64,000 bases of DNA from an uncultured Nitrososphaerota archaeon (GTDB taxonomy: Archaea > Thermoproteota > EX4484-205 > JAAOZO01). The notes under the pieces are model-generated. The model ran no database searches, was not told the DNA's origin, and saw only the letters and a list, made by a program, of their open reading frames with translations. The translations under genes were made by a program, and so were the position numbers. The first letter of the stretch is position 1, and every line of letters begins with the position of its first letter. The DNA is taken from positions 32,001 through 96,000 of the forward strand of contig CAYOYV010000005.1 of the NCBI GenBank assembly GCA_964408285.1. Direction: 5' to 3'. This document shows positions 29,631 to 39,421 of the stretch, in pieces.

Positions 29631-30644
29631 CTATTGAACGGCATCGACCGTGATCGGGACTCCCCTACTAGCCGACAATTTGCATGCCTCCGCGATCTCA
29701 ACGGCTCTAAGGCCATCGAGAACAGAGACCAAGGGCTGAGAGCGATTCAGAATGGACCTGATGAAGCTTCTGTCTTCCTCAACAAACGCGTTTCTGAATC
29801 TCCGCATGAACCATTGCCTGCCGCCATGCCTTATACCCTCTTGATCGGCGAAAGTAAGCATGGTGTCGCTCATGTCTCCGACCTGTATTGTGGCATCGCT
29901 TCCCACAATCTCGGTTCTCAAGTCATATCCATAGTTGCTTTTCCTGATTCCCTCGACGTAGCCATGCGCGGCGGAATCGAAGGTAAGAAGAACAGACGCT
30001 ACATCGTAGTCGCCCTTTTCCCCAATTTCCGTACTTAGGAGACTGGACCCCCTGGCATAGGCGCTTGTTACCTCGCTGTCTAGCATGTTTCTTGCCATGT
30101 CAAAATCATGAGATAGCATGTCGTAGAATATGCCGCCGCTCAAGCTTGGATCGGCAGCCCAACCCTGGGGAGGTGATGGGTCGTGAGCTATCGCTCTATA
30201 CAATATTGCCTTGCCCAAGTATGCCTGTTGGATTCTTTTCTTGGCCTCCAGGTAATATTCGTCGAATCTTCTCATATAGCCAACTTGAGCAATCAGTCCT
30301 GACTCTTCAGTTTTTCTCACAATCCCCTTGGCTTCCTCCAGTGATCTCGCTAAAGGTTTCTCGACTAGTACATTTTTCCCTGCATTGAGCGATGACAGAG
30401 CGACGACAGAATGGAGGTTAGTGGGAACGGAGACGACGACTGCTTGCACATCTCGCCTATCCAGAGCCTCCTCATAATCGATTGCCGAATCAACCTGCAA
30501 TTTCCTGCCTAGCTCCTTCGCTAGTTCTTCTCTTTCATCGATTACGCATCTCAATGTCGCTTCCTGGATTTCCGACCTGAAGATCTCAGCATGGAGTGAG
30601 CCTGCCCTGCCCATTCCTACCACGCAGACTCCGACAGAATCCAT
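29631..30644 (-). CDS. iolG: Gfo/Idh/MocA oxidoreductase, inositol 2-dehydrogenase-like
   Basis: GMGRAG, VEKPLA, VGYMRRFD, DPSPP, SGGIFYDMLSHDFDMAR and YGYDLRTEIVG. Confidence 0.8.
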   Translation of the reverse strand: MDSVGVCVVGMGRAGSLHAEIFRSEIQEATLRCVIDEREELAKELGRKLQVDSAIDYEEALDRRDVQAVVVSVPTNLHSVVALSSLNAGKNVLVEKPLARSLEEAKGIVRKTEESGLIAQVGYMRRFDEYYLEAKKRIQQAYLGKAILYRAIAHDPSPPQGWAADPSLSGGIFYDMLSHDFDMARNMLDSEVTSAYARGSSLLSTEIGEKGDYDVASVLLTFDSAAHGYVEGIRKSNYGYDLRTEIVGSDATIQVGDMSDTMLTFADQEGIRHGGRQWFMRRFRNAFVEEDRSFIRSILNRSQPLVSVLDGLRAVEIAEACKLSASRGVPITVDAVQ

Positions 30645-30762
30645 GACTCAACCTCGGAGCTTGACTAGATAATCATTCTGCTCGGTCGTCGGACCTCAAT
30701 CCGCCGACATTTATGAAATCCATTTTCGGAAAGCGCCTCAACGAGGAATTGGCTTCTCTCCG

Positions 30763-31722
30763 TCAACGCTTCTGGCCCATAAGCTTCGCAAAAGCTGTGT
30801 AGAGGACGCCCTTGGCTGCGTTAATGACTTCAAGGCCTTCTTGGTCACCCTCTGGCTTGACTTCGAAGGATAGAGCGCCTTTGTAACCAATTCCACGAAG
30901 GACTTGCAGCAATTGCATCACATCATCGATGGAATTGATGGCTCCCTTCCTATAGAAGCCGGGATGCCAATCCTTCATTGAGCCATCCACGATCTTAGCA
31001 CAACCTATGTGCACATGCGTGATCAACTCCTTGAAGTCCGTGAGCAGAGATGGTTTCTCGTTCAACAATGGTCCATGGCTTAGGTCCCACAATATGCCGA
31101 TATTCTGGCATTTCTTTCGGACCTGTTTCACAACCTCAGCTGCCTCACCAATGGGACCGATAAGTTGCTTCTTGTCATGATCCCTGTCAAACGTCTCAAG
31201 GTGCACGAAAACCTTGGCATCTCGGGCTTCGGATGTTATTTCCACTAGGCTCTTGACAAGCATTCCAATGGCCTCTTGCCTATCTGTAACAGAGGGGTCA
31301 GGGCCTGAGCACAAGACAACGGACTTGGCTCCCATCCGTGAGGCTCGCACAATGGCTTCTCTCAGAGCATTCACCGATTCCCTTCTATGCGCTTCATCTA
31401 GGGCGCTTGGATTTCTTCCATCAGATAGGATCATAGGTTGGAGGCCGACGAAAACGGATTTTGAGGACCGAGAGACGATCGGTTGTATCTCTCTCCACAC
31501 CTCTTCCTTAAAAGGTGGAACTTCGATAAGATCGAAAAAAGGGTCCTCTGCAATGTCTTGGACAACTTCTTTCCATTTCCGGGCATCATTCGCCTGAGGA
31601 AAAGCGGCGAAGCTGACCAGGCCTATCTCCCACGGGAGCTTACCTCCATGTTCGGAACCACGCGTCTCGTGGTAGCCCAAGATCAAAGTCATGGCCTCGA
31701 CAATCCAGTCAGCCTTTCGCAT
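30763..31722 (-). CDS. Sugar phosphate isomerase/epimerase (xylose isomerase-like TIM barrel), function unknown
   Basis: Metal-ligand motifs HLETFD, LWDLSHGPL, HVHIG, DWHP and SFEVKP. Confidence 0.8.
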   Translation of the reverse strand: MRKADWIVEAMTLILGYHETRGSEHGGKLPWEIGLVSFAAFPQANDARKWKEVVQDIAEDPFFDLIEVPPFKEEVWREIQPIVSRSSKSVFVGLQPMILSDGRNPSALDEAHRRESVNALREAIVRASRMGAKSVVLCSGPDPSVTDRQEAIGMLVKSLVEITSEARDAKVFVHLETFDRDHDKKQLIGPIGEAAEVVKQVRKKCQNIGILWDLSHGPLLNEKPSLLTDFKELITHVHIGCAKIVDGSMKDWHPGFYRKGAINSIDDVMQLLQVLRGIGYKGALSFEVKPEGDQEGLEVINAAKGVLYTAFAKLMGQKR

Positions 31723-31847
31723 TTAAGTGTTGAATCGGGATCCCGCTCCTCCATTGAGCCTCTCAGGAAAATGAAGAATAGGGACAGGATGCAGTGTCTT
31801 AGATTGATCGTTGATGAATGCGAGTCGACAAGAGCAGAGTGCTGCTA

Positions 31848-33410
31848 TCAGTGCTTCCTCTCGTCAATTCTCAAAGCCTTCAAGTGAAGTTCAAGATTCT
31901 TTGCTATAGTCTCGTAGTATTCCTCTTCGTTGTCAATCAAGACCTCCATGATTCTGTCCTTCAGTGATCTTTTGCCCTTTCCAGACTGGGCCTTTTGGAC
32001 TGAGCCAAAGGTGACATGCAACAGCTGTCTTCCGCTGTTCTGACTCAAGAATACCCTTTCCAGATCGGCATCGCTCACGGATTCGGGGTTTGGGATCATA
32101 TCAAGTCGTGTTCCTATTGCATAGTAGCTTCGGTCGGTCTCGAACGTGCCCATGCAATACTGCGCGATTTCCCTGAATAATTGCGGATCGTGTCTCGCGA
32201 CAACGCGCAGGGACTCGAGGTAGCTTGTACCAGCAGTCTTCAGATGAAAAAGCCCATCAGTTGCACTGGCAAGGATCGGATACACCGAAAACTTGTCGCT
32301 TCCCGAATGGATGCTCAGTAGGTAAGGACCGCATGACTTCGATATGGCCACATGTTCGGCAAGCGTTTCCCTGAACTCAGTTAAATCCCCTTGATAGTCG
32401 ATGCCCTTCTCGAAGATGCCCACGAAGTGAACAGCGATGCTGCGTGCCATCACGCCTAGTCTCCTCAGCTCTGACGCTATGAAGAGATGCTCGAGAGAGC
32501 TGGTTGGATGCCTTGTCTCATCGAAAGATACTTCAAGGTCGAAGGGTCTTCCGTTGAAGAGATCAGCCAGCCGGTTGCCTAGTTTCGCGGCATGGATTAT
32601 CGCATTTGAATATCTCACGGCAATTCTGGTCAGATCCAGCTGGGAGAACTGAAGCTCCACTGTTTCGTTGCAAGCATGAATATTGAATTTCCTATCCAGA
32701 TACATGCGCGTGAACTCGTCAGGACTGCACTTCATCCATTCCCACCGTATCTGCTCGAACTTCTTCGCGAGATCCCTATTGTCATATTCGTCAGCGCGGT
32801 CATCAACCAGATCTGAGGGATCAATGGTGTACATGGTAAAGCCCGCATTGAAGGTCTTCAACAAGTCCTCTTCACTCTTCAGATGGTCCGCGTCAGAACC
32901 GAATCCGCCGGTATATCCCTCCTGGAATACTGCCCAAGATACGTCATCCATGACCTGTTCTGGTGACCTACCCGTCTTCACCATCTCGCGAATAGATTGC
33001 TGGGCTAGAACAGGAAAGACTTTGAATCTCCTAAAGGCTCGGATATGTCCCGGTGTCGCAAGACCGATCCTATCCCCTGCCCCTACAGCCGTCTCATTGC
33101 CTATCGGCATTGGCCTTGTGAAGGAGAAAACACCGCGTATCGCGTCTGCGTTCAAGTGATTGCAGGGGCATAGGAGATAACGGAATTCCCTCCCATCTGC
33201 CTTGAATTCTCCACTTTCCTCCGGCGCGAAGCTACTGCTCGCTGAATCTGGTGTTGACCGATCACGAAGTATGACCAGCTTCCGCGTTGCTTTCTCTCTA
33301 ACCAAGAGGAAGATGAGACTATCGGCCTCGAAGACCGAGGAAGGATAGATCACCATCGTGCGATTCAGATTGCAGAGGCGGTTCTGAAACTCGCGAACAG
33401 CTTCTTTCAT
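31848..33410 (-). CDS. uxaE: Tagaturonate/fructuronate epimerase
   Basis: GAGDRIGLATPGH, AQQSIREM, GSDADHLK, TIDPS, EVSFDET, SIHSGSDKF, HLKTAGTSYLE and RQLLHVTFGS. ATG 33410 lies 4 bp after the upstream stop. Confidence 0.92.
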   Translation of the reverse strand: MKEAVREFQNRLCNLNRTMVIYPSSVFEADSLIFLLVREKATRKLVILRDRSTPDSASSSFAPEESGEFKADGREFRYLLCPCNHLNADAIRGVFSFTRPMPIGNETAVGAGDRIGLATPGHIRAFRRFKVFPVLAQQSIREMVKTGRSPEQVMDDVSWAVFQEGYTGGFGSDADHLKSEEDLLKTFNAGFTMYTIDPSDLVDDRADEYDNRDLAKKFEQIRWEWMKCSPDEFTRMYLDRKFNIHACNETVELQFSQLDLTRIAVRYSNAIIHAAKLGNRLADLFNGRPFDLEVSFDETRHPTSSLEHLFIASELRRLGVMARSIAVHFVGIFEKGIDYQGDLTEFRETLAEHVAISKSCGPYLLSIHSGSDKFSVYPILASATDGLFHLKTAGTSYLESLRVVARHDPQLFREIAQYCMGTFETDRSYYAIGTRLDMIPNPESVSDADLERVFLSQNSGRQLLHVTFGSVQKAQSGKGKRSLKDRIMEVLIDNEEEYYETIAKNLELHLKALRIDERKH

Positions 33411-33414
33411 GATA

Positions 33415-35571
33415 TCAGTCTCGTTTGCCGCCCCGAGCTGAGGTGGCTGTCTCCTTGACGATGGCCATGGCAACGTCCCTAAATGTGCTGTATGCCCTGT
33501 TGAACTCAGTCATTGTCTTCACTACCGCGCCAAATGCTCCCCATTCATTCTGTAGGAGGCCCTCAACATCAGGTTCACATTCAATGCCGATTGCATTCAG
33601 TCTCTTGCTCAAGTCAGGCGAAATCCCATAGGCAAGTCTGAAATCCGAAACATTCGAAAGACGCCTCAATACGCTAGGGTTGGCGGGGTGCGTCATACTG
33701 TTGTCATAGTGCATCAGATTGAAACCTTCTTGGCGCGATGCATTCGATAGGGCCAACTGCTGACTGGGGAATTCCGTATTAGTGACATTCTTCCTTCCTA
33801 GGGTAAGTAGCGTGTCTTCAGGTTTCCTCTTTGAAGCAGGAAGCAAGTCGATCTTGCTCAGTATATCCTCAGCTTGGTTTTTCGCCAGACCGTATTGGCT
33901 CCTGAGATGGTTGAGCCACTTGATTCTGTTCTCGGACGAGAAGAAGATCCAATACACCTTTCTCGAGATCAAAGTGCCAGAATGGCCGATTGCATTCTCC
34001 ATTTCTGTCAATGTCTCAACTATCTGCCGCCGCACCTTTTCATCAGATCCTTGGGGGGTCACAGCCTCAACGAAACTGGGATTGATGAGGCTTTTGAGGA
34101 ATTGAAAAGAGCATAGTATCCTTATTCTGTCATCGATCCCATGGAACTTCTCAAATTCCTTGAGGGCATGAAGTCGCTCAGCAAGCGTTGTCAGTATGGC
34201 TTCTTTATTACTCGAGCTCTTCAGGGTTTGCCGCAGAATCCTTTCAGCCTCGATCTCCCTTAGGTGACTCTCCAATCTACCACCCATATTTGTTTCGTAC
34301 GTTTGAGTTATGGATATTCCCATCTTCCTGGCTTTCGCCATACCCTTCATTGCTGCTATGATTAGCTCGGCCTCTTGCCCCACCGTGTATGTGACGGTGT
34401 TATTTGTTCCAATGCCCATCTCATTCAGGGCCGTTGTGATCTGAGCAGCTGCGGGACTTTGAGCCGCTATCTTGAACACGATGTTGGGCCTAGCTCTCTC
34501 CGGAACACGCGAATATCCCCACAGTAGATAGCTATCATACTCAGCCAAGAATCTAGAGGCGGAAGAGTAGATTCTAATTGCATCCTTCAAGCTCAGTTCG
34601 ACACTGTCTGCAACTCCTGGATTCAGCTGGTAGCTGACTAGCCCGTCATGCAATTTCGATAGGAGAGCGATCGGTCTGAAGATCGCTAGATTGGGCCAAA
34701 GGGCGGTCATGGTGGCCTCCATAGCGATCTCATCCGCGAATTGCTCCGGTTGATCATGCCATTCGGGGTGTAGCTTGATTGTCTTTGCAAACTCTCCCCA
34801 AAGATTCGAATCGTCCTCGTAAGCCCTCGCGGCCAGGACCGGATTCGTTGACACTTGTACGAAGCCCAGATGTCGCAGCCATCTTAATCCAATCGCGTAG
34901 TCATTACCGAACTTGCAGAGTCCCAGTTTTGCCATCCTGAAATACACGTTCCCTTCTATCGATCTCCTCGATGCCATGACGAGAGAGGAGGCCGGACTCG
35001 AACGATCAAGGCTGCTCTCTATTTCACTTGCCATGCTTGAAACAAGGCTCTCGCCTTTTGCCACCTTCTTGGCATCCTCTATGAACCTTTCTGAGACAGC
35101 ATTGGCTACGGTTGTCTTGAGTAGGCCCATTGTCGACACTTCATTGTTCTCCCATGTCTTCAGGGCATTCATGATCTCTCCGAATGTGAGTTCAGTTTCC
35201 TCACTCGAGAAGCCGACCCTATTGGCTTCAGTCCCTATGATATTGAGTGCCACCTCGACTAGCAGCTCATACGCCCGCTGGCGCGCTCTTATCTTCGTTT
35301 TCTGGATTTCCTGAGGTTCCTCGGGAGAGATCTCACTTCTGGCAAACTCCAGATTGAGTTGGCGAATCACATTGCCGACAGTTTCGCTTAGCGCCCCCAC
35401 CATCTCGGTGTGAAGTAAATGGTCAGCTGCCAATTGGGGATAGCCGTCCATTGCAATCCTGACAATATGGTTGGAATGATCCAGGCCTTCAAAAGCAGGA
35501 CGCAGTTTCTCAGGACTGGCCTCACATAGAACTGAGCGAACATCAACAATCGGCCGTGTCCCTCCCGCCAT
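33415..35571 (-). CDS. Large (718 aa) transaldolase-family protein
   Basis: GND, VSTNP, VSYQLNP, VFKIA (Schiff-base Lys), NNTVTYT, MGGRL, PASKR and VTNTEFP, with a long helical N-terminal extension and insertions. Confidence 0.8.
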   Translation of the reverse strand: MAGGTRPIVDVRSVLCEASPEKLRPAFEGLDHSNHIVRIAMDGYPQLAADHLLHTEMVGALSETVGNVIRQLNLEFARSEISPEEPQEIQKTKIRARQRAYELLVEVALNIIGTEANRVGFSSEETELTFGEIMNALKTWENNEVSTMGLLKTTVANAVSERFIEDAKKVAKGESLVSSMASEIESSLDRSSPASSLVMASRRSIEGNVYFRMAKLGLCKFGNDYAIGLRWLRHLGFVQVSTNPVLAARAYEDDSNLWGEFAKTIKLHPEWHDQPEQFADEIAMEATMTALWPNLAIFRPIALLSKLHDGLVSYQLNPGVADSVELSLKDAIRIYSSASRFLAEYDSYLLWGYSRVPERARPNIVFKIAAQSPAAAQITTALNEMGIGTNNTVTYTVGQEAELIIAAMKGMAKARKMGISITQTYETNMGGRLESHLREIEAERILRQTLKSSSNKEAILTTLAERLHALKEFEKFHGIDDRIRILCSFQFLKSLINPSFVEAVTPQGSDEKVRRQIVETLTEMENAIGHSGTLISRKVYWIFFSSENRIKWLNHLRSQYGLAKNQAEDILSKIDLLPASKRKPEDTLLTLGRKNVTNTEFPSQQLALSNASRQEGFNLMHYDNSMTHPANPSVLRRLSNVSDFRLAYGISPDLSKRLNAIGIECEPDVEGLLQNEWGAFGAVVKTMTEFNRAYSTFRDVAMAIVKETATSARGGKRD

Positions 35572-35865
35572 GACGAGATATGGGCTTCGTTTCTTATTTA
35601 ATTGTTGAGGCGGCTCTCTTTTTCGTCACGAGGATCTAGAACCAACTTTCTGTAACACACCCCACTTCGTCGCGCGCGCGCTTTGCGTTGTCATGTTATC
35701 GTGGCGAGCTTGAGAAACAGAAGGAGTGATGCTACGCGCGCCGATCGCTATTCCGTTGGATCTACGCATTTCGAGCGGCTCCTTCAGTTCGGCCACCAAA
35801 CAGCTGCAGTTCAGTGCCGAAATATTGAAATCGGGCAATCTGGGCATTCTGCAGCAAATATCCTC

Positions 35866-37608
35866 ATGGCCTTTCGCAACATAATTAGGCTTTTGGGCTA
35901 TCTGAAGAGATACTGGCCGTATGTGATAGCCTCGGTGATAGCGATATTGGCGCTTTCAGGGTTGGATAACTTGACACCGCTCGTGATAATGTCCGCCATA
36001 GACAACATGGTTTCAAATCAGGTTTTCTCAGATCTTCTCATGTACGGCGCGGTATTCGTTGGGGTTGCGTCGATTAGGGGAGTCATCAGATTCCTTACCC
36101 AGTATGGCAACCAGTATGTGAGCAATAGACTCGCTTTCGATCTTCGAAACGACCTGTTCAAGGCCCTTCAGTCCCAGTCATTCACCTTCTACGACAAGGC
36201 AAGGACCGGCCAGCTCATGGCCAGATTGACAAGCGATGTAGACGAAATTCGCTGGTCATTCGGGATGATGATCCCTGCTACATCCAATATGTTGGTGACA
36301 TTCGCCATGGCGATTGTGATAATGCTCTCATTGGATTTCACAGTCTCCATATATTCCATGGCAATCTTCCCGATTCTCATCATACTGGTCGTTAGGTTTG
36401 CCAACTTGACGGGGCCACTTTTCACAGAAATAAGGAAGGGAGTGGGAAATCTATCAGCTGTAGTGCAGGAGAATCTCTCAGGAGTTAAAATCGTAAGAGC
36501 CTTCTCCGCCGAGGAGCAAGAGACTGCCAAATTCGACTTGAATGCAGAGCGTCTGCTAGATCTTTCGCTCCAGGTCGATAGGGCAAGAGCGATATACATG
36601 CCGATGATTTCCCTTGTGGTCGGTGCCGGATCTGCATTCATAATCCTATTCGGTGGCTTGCAGGTCATCCAAGGGATGATTACACTTGGATCAATGGTAG
36701 CCCTTGTTTCTTATCTCAACATGGTCGCGGGGCCAATAAGGATGATGGGATTCTGGATTGAGGGAATTAGGAGAGCCCTAGCCGGAGCGAATCGAATATT
36801 TGAGATACTAGATGCACCTGTGGCAATCACAGAGAGGCAGGGCGCCTCGGACATCGGAGAAACAGATGGGAGAGTATCATTCCAGAATGTCACTTTTCAA
36901 TACGCTGATCATCCGACACTTATTGATGTCAGCTTTGACGCCAAGTCGGGAGAAAAGATTGCGGTCGTAGGAAGGACAGGATCCGGAAAAACGACGATTC
37001 TGAACCTTATTCCAAGATTCTACGATGTCAATTCAGGAAAGATCACTATCGATGGTGTCGATGTGAGAGACATCAAGATCGATTCACTGAGAAGGATAGT
37101 TGGAGTGGTCCCTCAGGAGCCCTTCATATTCCCGACCAGTATCAGGGACAATATAACGCTCGGGGACAAGTCCTTCACCCAAGATCAGGTTGAGGCGGCG
37201 GCCAAAGCTGCCCAGATTCATGATTTCATAGTCTCCCTGCCGGAGGGATATGATAGCCTCGTGGGAGAGAGGGGCGTAACCCTATCGGGGGGTCAAAGAC
37301 AAAGGCTTTCCATTGCAAGGGCTATTCTCAGATCACTCGGCATAGTACTCTTGGATGATTCAACCTCGCAGGTTGATGTGGCAACTGAGAAACAGATAGA
37401 CAAAGCTCTTGACTCATTGCTCAGGAACAGGACATCATTCATCATCACAAACAGGATCTCAACCGCGGCGAAATCGGATCGCGTCATCCTTTTGGACATG
37501 GGGAAGGTGATCGCCATAGATACACATGAGAACCTCCTGAAGAAAAATGAACTCTATAGGGAGATATTTCGCAGCCAGATTGCAGAAGTCCTAGGAGGAA
37601 CTGAGTGA
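35866..37608 (+). CDS. Heterodimeric ABC exporter subunit (TMD+NBD) with degenerate catalytic residues
   Basis: About 6 TM helices, GRTGSGKT, LSGGQRQR, Walker B LLDDSTS (Glu to Asp) and switch TNR (His to Asn). ATG 35866. Confidence 0.9.
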   Translation: MAFRNIIRLLGYLKRYWPYVIASVIAILALSGLDNLTPLVIMSAIDNMVSNQVFSDLLMYGAVFVGVASIRGVIRFLTQYGNQYVSNRLAFDLRNDLFKALQSQSFTFYDKARTGQLMARLTSDVDEIRWSFGMMIPATSNMLVTFAMAIVIMLSLDFTVSIYSMAIFPILIILVVRFANLTGPLFTEIRKGVGNLSAVVQENLSGVKIVRAFSAEEQETAKFDLNAERLLDLSLQVDRARAIYMPMISLVVGAGSAFIILFGGLQVIQGMITLGSMVALVSYLNMVAGPIRMMGFWIEGIRRALAGANRIFEILDAPVAITERQGASDIGETDGRVSFQNVTFQYADHPTLIDVSFDAKSGEKIAVVGRTGSGKTTILNLIPRFYDVNSGKITIDGVDVRDIKIDSLRRIVGVVPQEPFIFPTSIRDNITLGDKSFTQDQVEAAAKAAQIHDFIVSLPEGYDSLVGERGVTLSGGQRQRLSIARAILRSLGIVLLDDSTSQVDVATEKQIDKALDSLLRNRTSFIITNRISTAAKSDRVILLDMGKVIAIDTHENLLKKNELYREIFRSQIAEVLGGTE

Positions 37609-37612
37609 GATT

Positions 37613-39421
37613 ATGGGAGTCTGGATGGTCAGAGCAGGCGAAGAGGAAACCGAAAGGAAGACTCCTGATTCAGTTTTGGCAAGGAAGATGCTGAGGTTCC
37701 TCAAACCCTATTCTGCCAGAATCTATCTTTCCCTATTCCTAATATTGCTCGGCACGATCTTCGCCACCCTTGGTCCCTATATCCTGTCTTTGGTCGTGAA
37801 TTCAGCGATATATTCGAAGGATACTCAAGGCCTGATATTCCTTTCACTCGTATTCCTGGGCATCCAGTTACTCGATTGGATTGCGGGGTCTGTGAGGACA
37901 TACGTAATCGGTTCACTAGCTGACACAACATTAAAGGACATAAGGCACGAGGTCTTCCAGAAGCTCCAGACGCTTTCGCTGGACTACTATAGCAAGCGAC
38001 AGGTCGGATGGCTATTCTCAAGAGTAATATCTGATGTTAGCACTGTAAACAATTTGGTAGCTTCAGGTCTCTTGACGTCCTTGAGTGACCTACTGCTAGT
38101 GACTGGTATGACCATCGCTATGCTGATATTGAGTCCAATCATGACATTGGTCGCGCTTTCCATGGTTCCAGTCGTGGTCTTTTTCTCTCTGGCATTCGCA
38201 AAGCAAGCTAGAGATCGCTTCAGAGTCAGCAGGAGAAAGATTGCATCAGTTTCGTCTGAGGTACAACAATCTATAACGGGCATAAGAGTCATCAAGGCGT
38301 TCTCTCAGGAAGAGCAGTCGCAAAGGAACTTCGAAAGGGCGAATGTGCAGTATGTAGAGGCCGAGATGTCAGCAGCAGTTGTCATGGCCAGCTTTAGACC
38401 TGTAGCTGAGCTTATTGAGGCAGTTGACATGGGCCTCATCTTGCTCGTTGGGGGATATGAAGTCGTCTCAGGAGCCCTACTCGTTGGCACACTGCTGGCC
38501 TTCGTGACCTATGCCAGCAGATTTTTCTGGCCCGTCAGGGAGATAACATTTCTGTATAACAACCTGCAAGAGGCGATGGCTGCCTCGGAGAGGATTCTGG
38601 AAGTGCTTGAGACTCAGCCGACGATAACCGACGACCCCGAAGCGATTGACGCACCTCAGCACATAAGAAATGTCGAATTCGCCAATGTCTCATTCGAATA
38701 TCAGAGTGGGTTAGAGGTCCTGAAGGACATCACCCTTACGATTAGAGAGAAAGAGAAGGTCGCAGTTGTCGGCCCCACGGGGGCAGGCAAAACCACCCTC
38801 TCTTCTTTGCTCGTCAGATTCTATGATCCAACAAGAGGAGCGATTTCGATCAATGGAACTGACATCAGAAAGCTGAAAGTCAGAACGCTAAGGAGAAGAA
38901 TTGTCCTCGTGCCACAAGAACCATTTCTTTTCTCGGGAACGATTATGGACAATCTCAGGTATGGAAGACCCGATGCAAGCGATGAAGAGATACTACAGGC
39001 AACCAAAGAGCTCAAGTTGGATTCATTCATAGGATCGCTAGAAAATGGGTATGAAACGGAAGTCCTGGAAGGAGGTTTGGGGCTCTCTGTGGGTCAGAAA
39101 CAGCTGATCTCCATCGCGAGGGCATTCATCGCTGATCCTTCCATTGTGGTCTTTGACGAAGCAATGTCTTCAATTGACCCGAACACCGAGCAGACGATAA
39201 TCGGAGCCATGAGGAAATTGCTTGAGAACAGAACCGCCTTAATAATCGCCCATCGTATCTCAACGATTGTGGATGCAGATCGGATATTAGTCATGGATGT
39301 CGGGAAGATCGTTGAGGAGGGGAGTCACTCGGATCTTATGGCGCTAGGTGGCCTGTATTCGAAGCTTTACACTACCCTTCTGCTCGGCGAAGAACAGGCT
39401 GTGGCCACCCCTAGAGAATAA
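37613..39421 (+). CDS. Heterodimeric ABC exporter subunit (TMD+NBD)
   Basis: GPTGAGKT, degenerate signature LSVGQKQL, VFDEAMS and IAHR. Starts 4 bp after its partner. Confidence 0.9.
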   Translation: MGVWMVRAGEEETERKTPDSVLARKMLRFLKPYSARIYLSLFLILLGTIFATLGPYILSLVVNSAIYSKDTQGLIFLSLVFLGIQLLDWIAGSVRTYVIGSLADTTLKDIRHEVFQKLQTLSLDYYSKRQVGWLFSRVISDVSTVNNLVASGLLTSLSDLLLVTGMTIAMLILSPIMTLVALSMVPVVVFFSLAFAKQARDRFRVSRRKIASVSSEVQQSITGIRVIKAFSQEEQSQRNFERANVQYVEAEMSAAVVMASFRPVAELIEAVDMGLILLVGGYEVVSGALLVGTLLAFVTYASRFFWPVREITFLYNNLQEAMAASERILEVLETQPTITDDPEAIDAPQHIRNVEFANVSFEYQSGLEVLKDITLTIREKEKVAVVGPTGAGKTTLSSLLVRFYDPTRGAISINGTDIRKLKVRTLRRRIVLVPQEPFLFSGTIMDNLRYGRPDASDEEILQATKELKLDSFIGSLENGYETEVLEGGLGLSVGQKQLISIARAFIADPSIVVFDEAMSSIDPNTEQTIIGAMRKLLENRTALIIAHRISTIVDADRILVMDVGKIVEEGSHSDLMALGGLYSKLYTTLLLGEEQAVATPRE

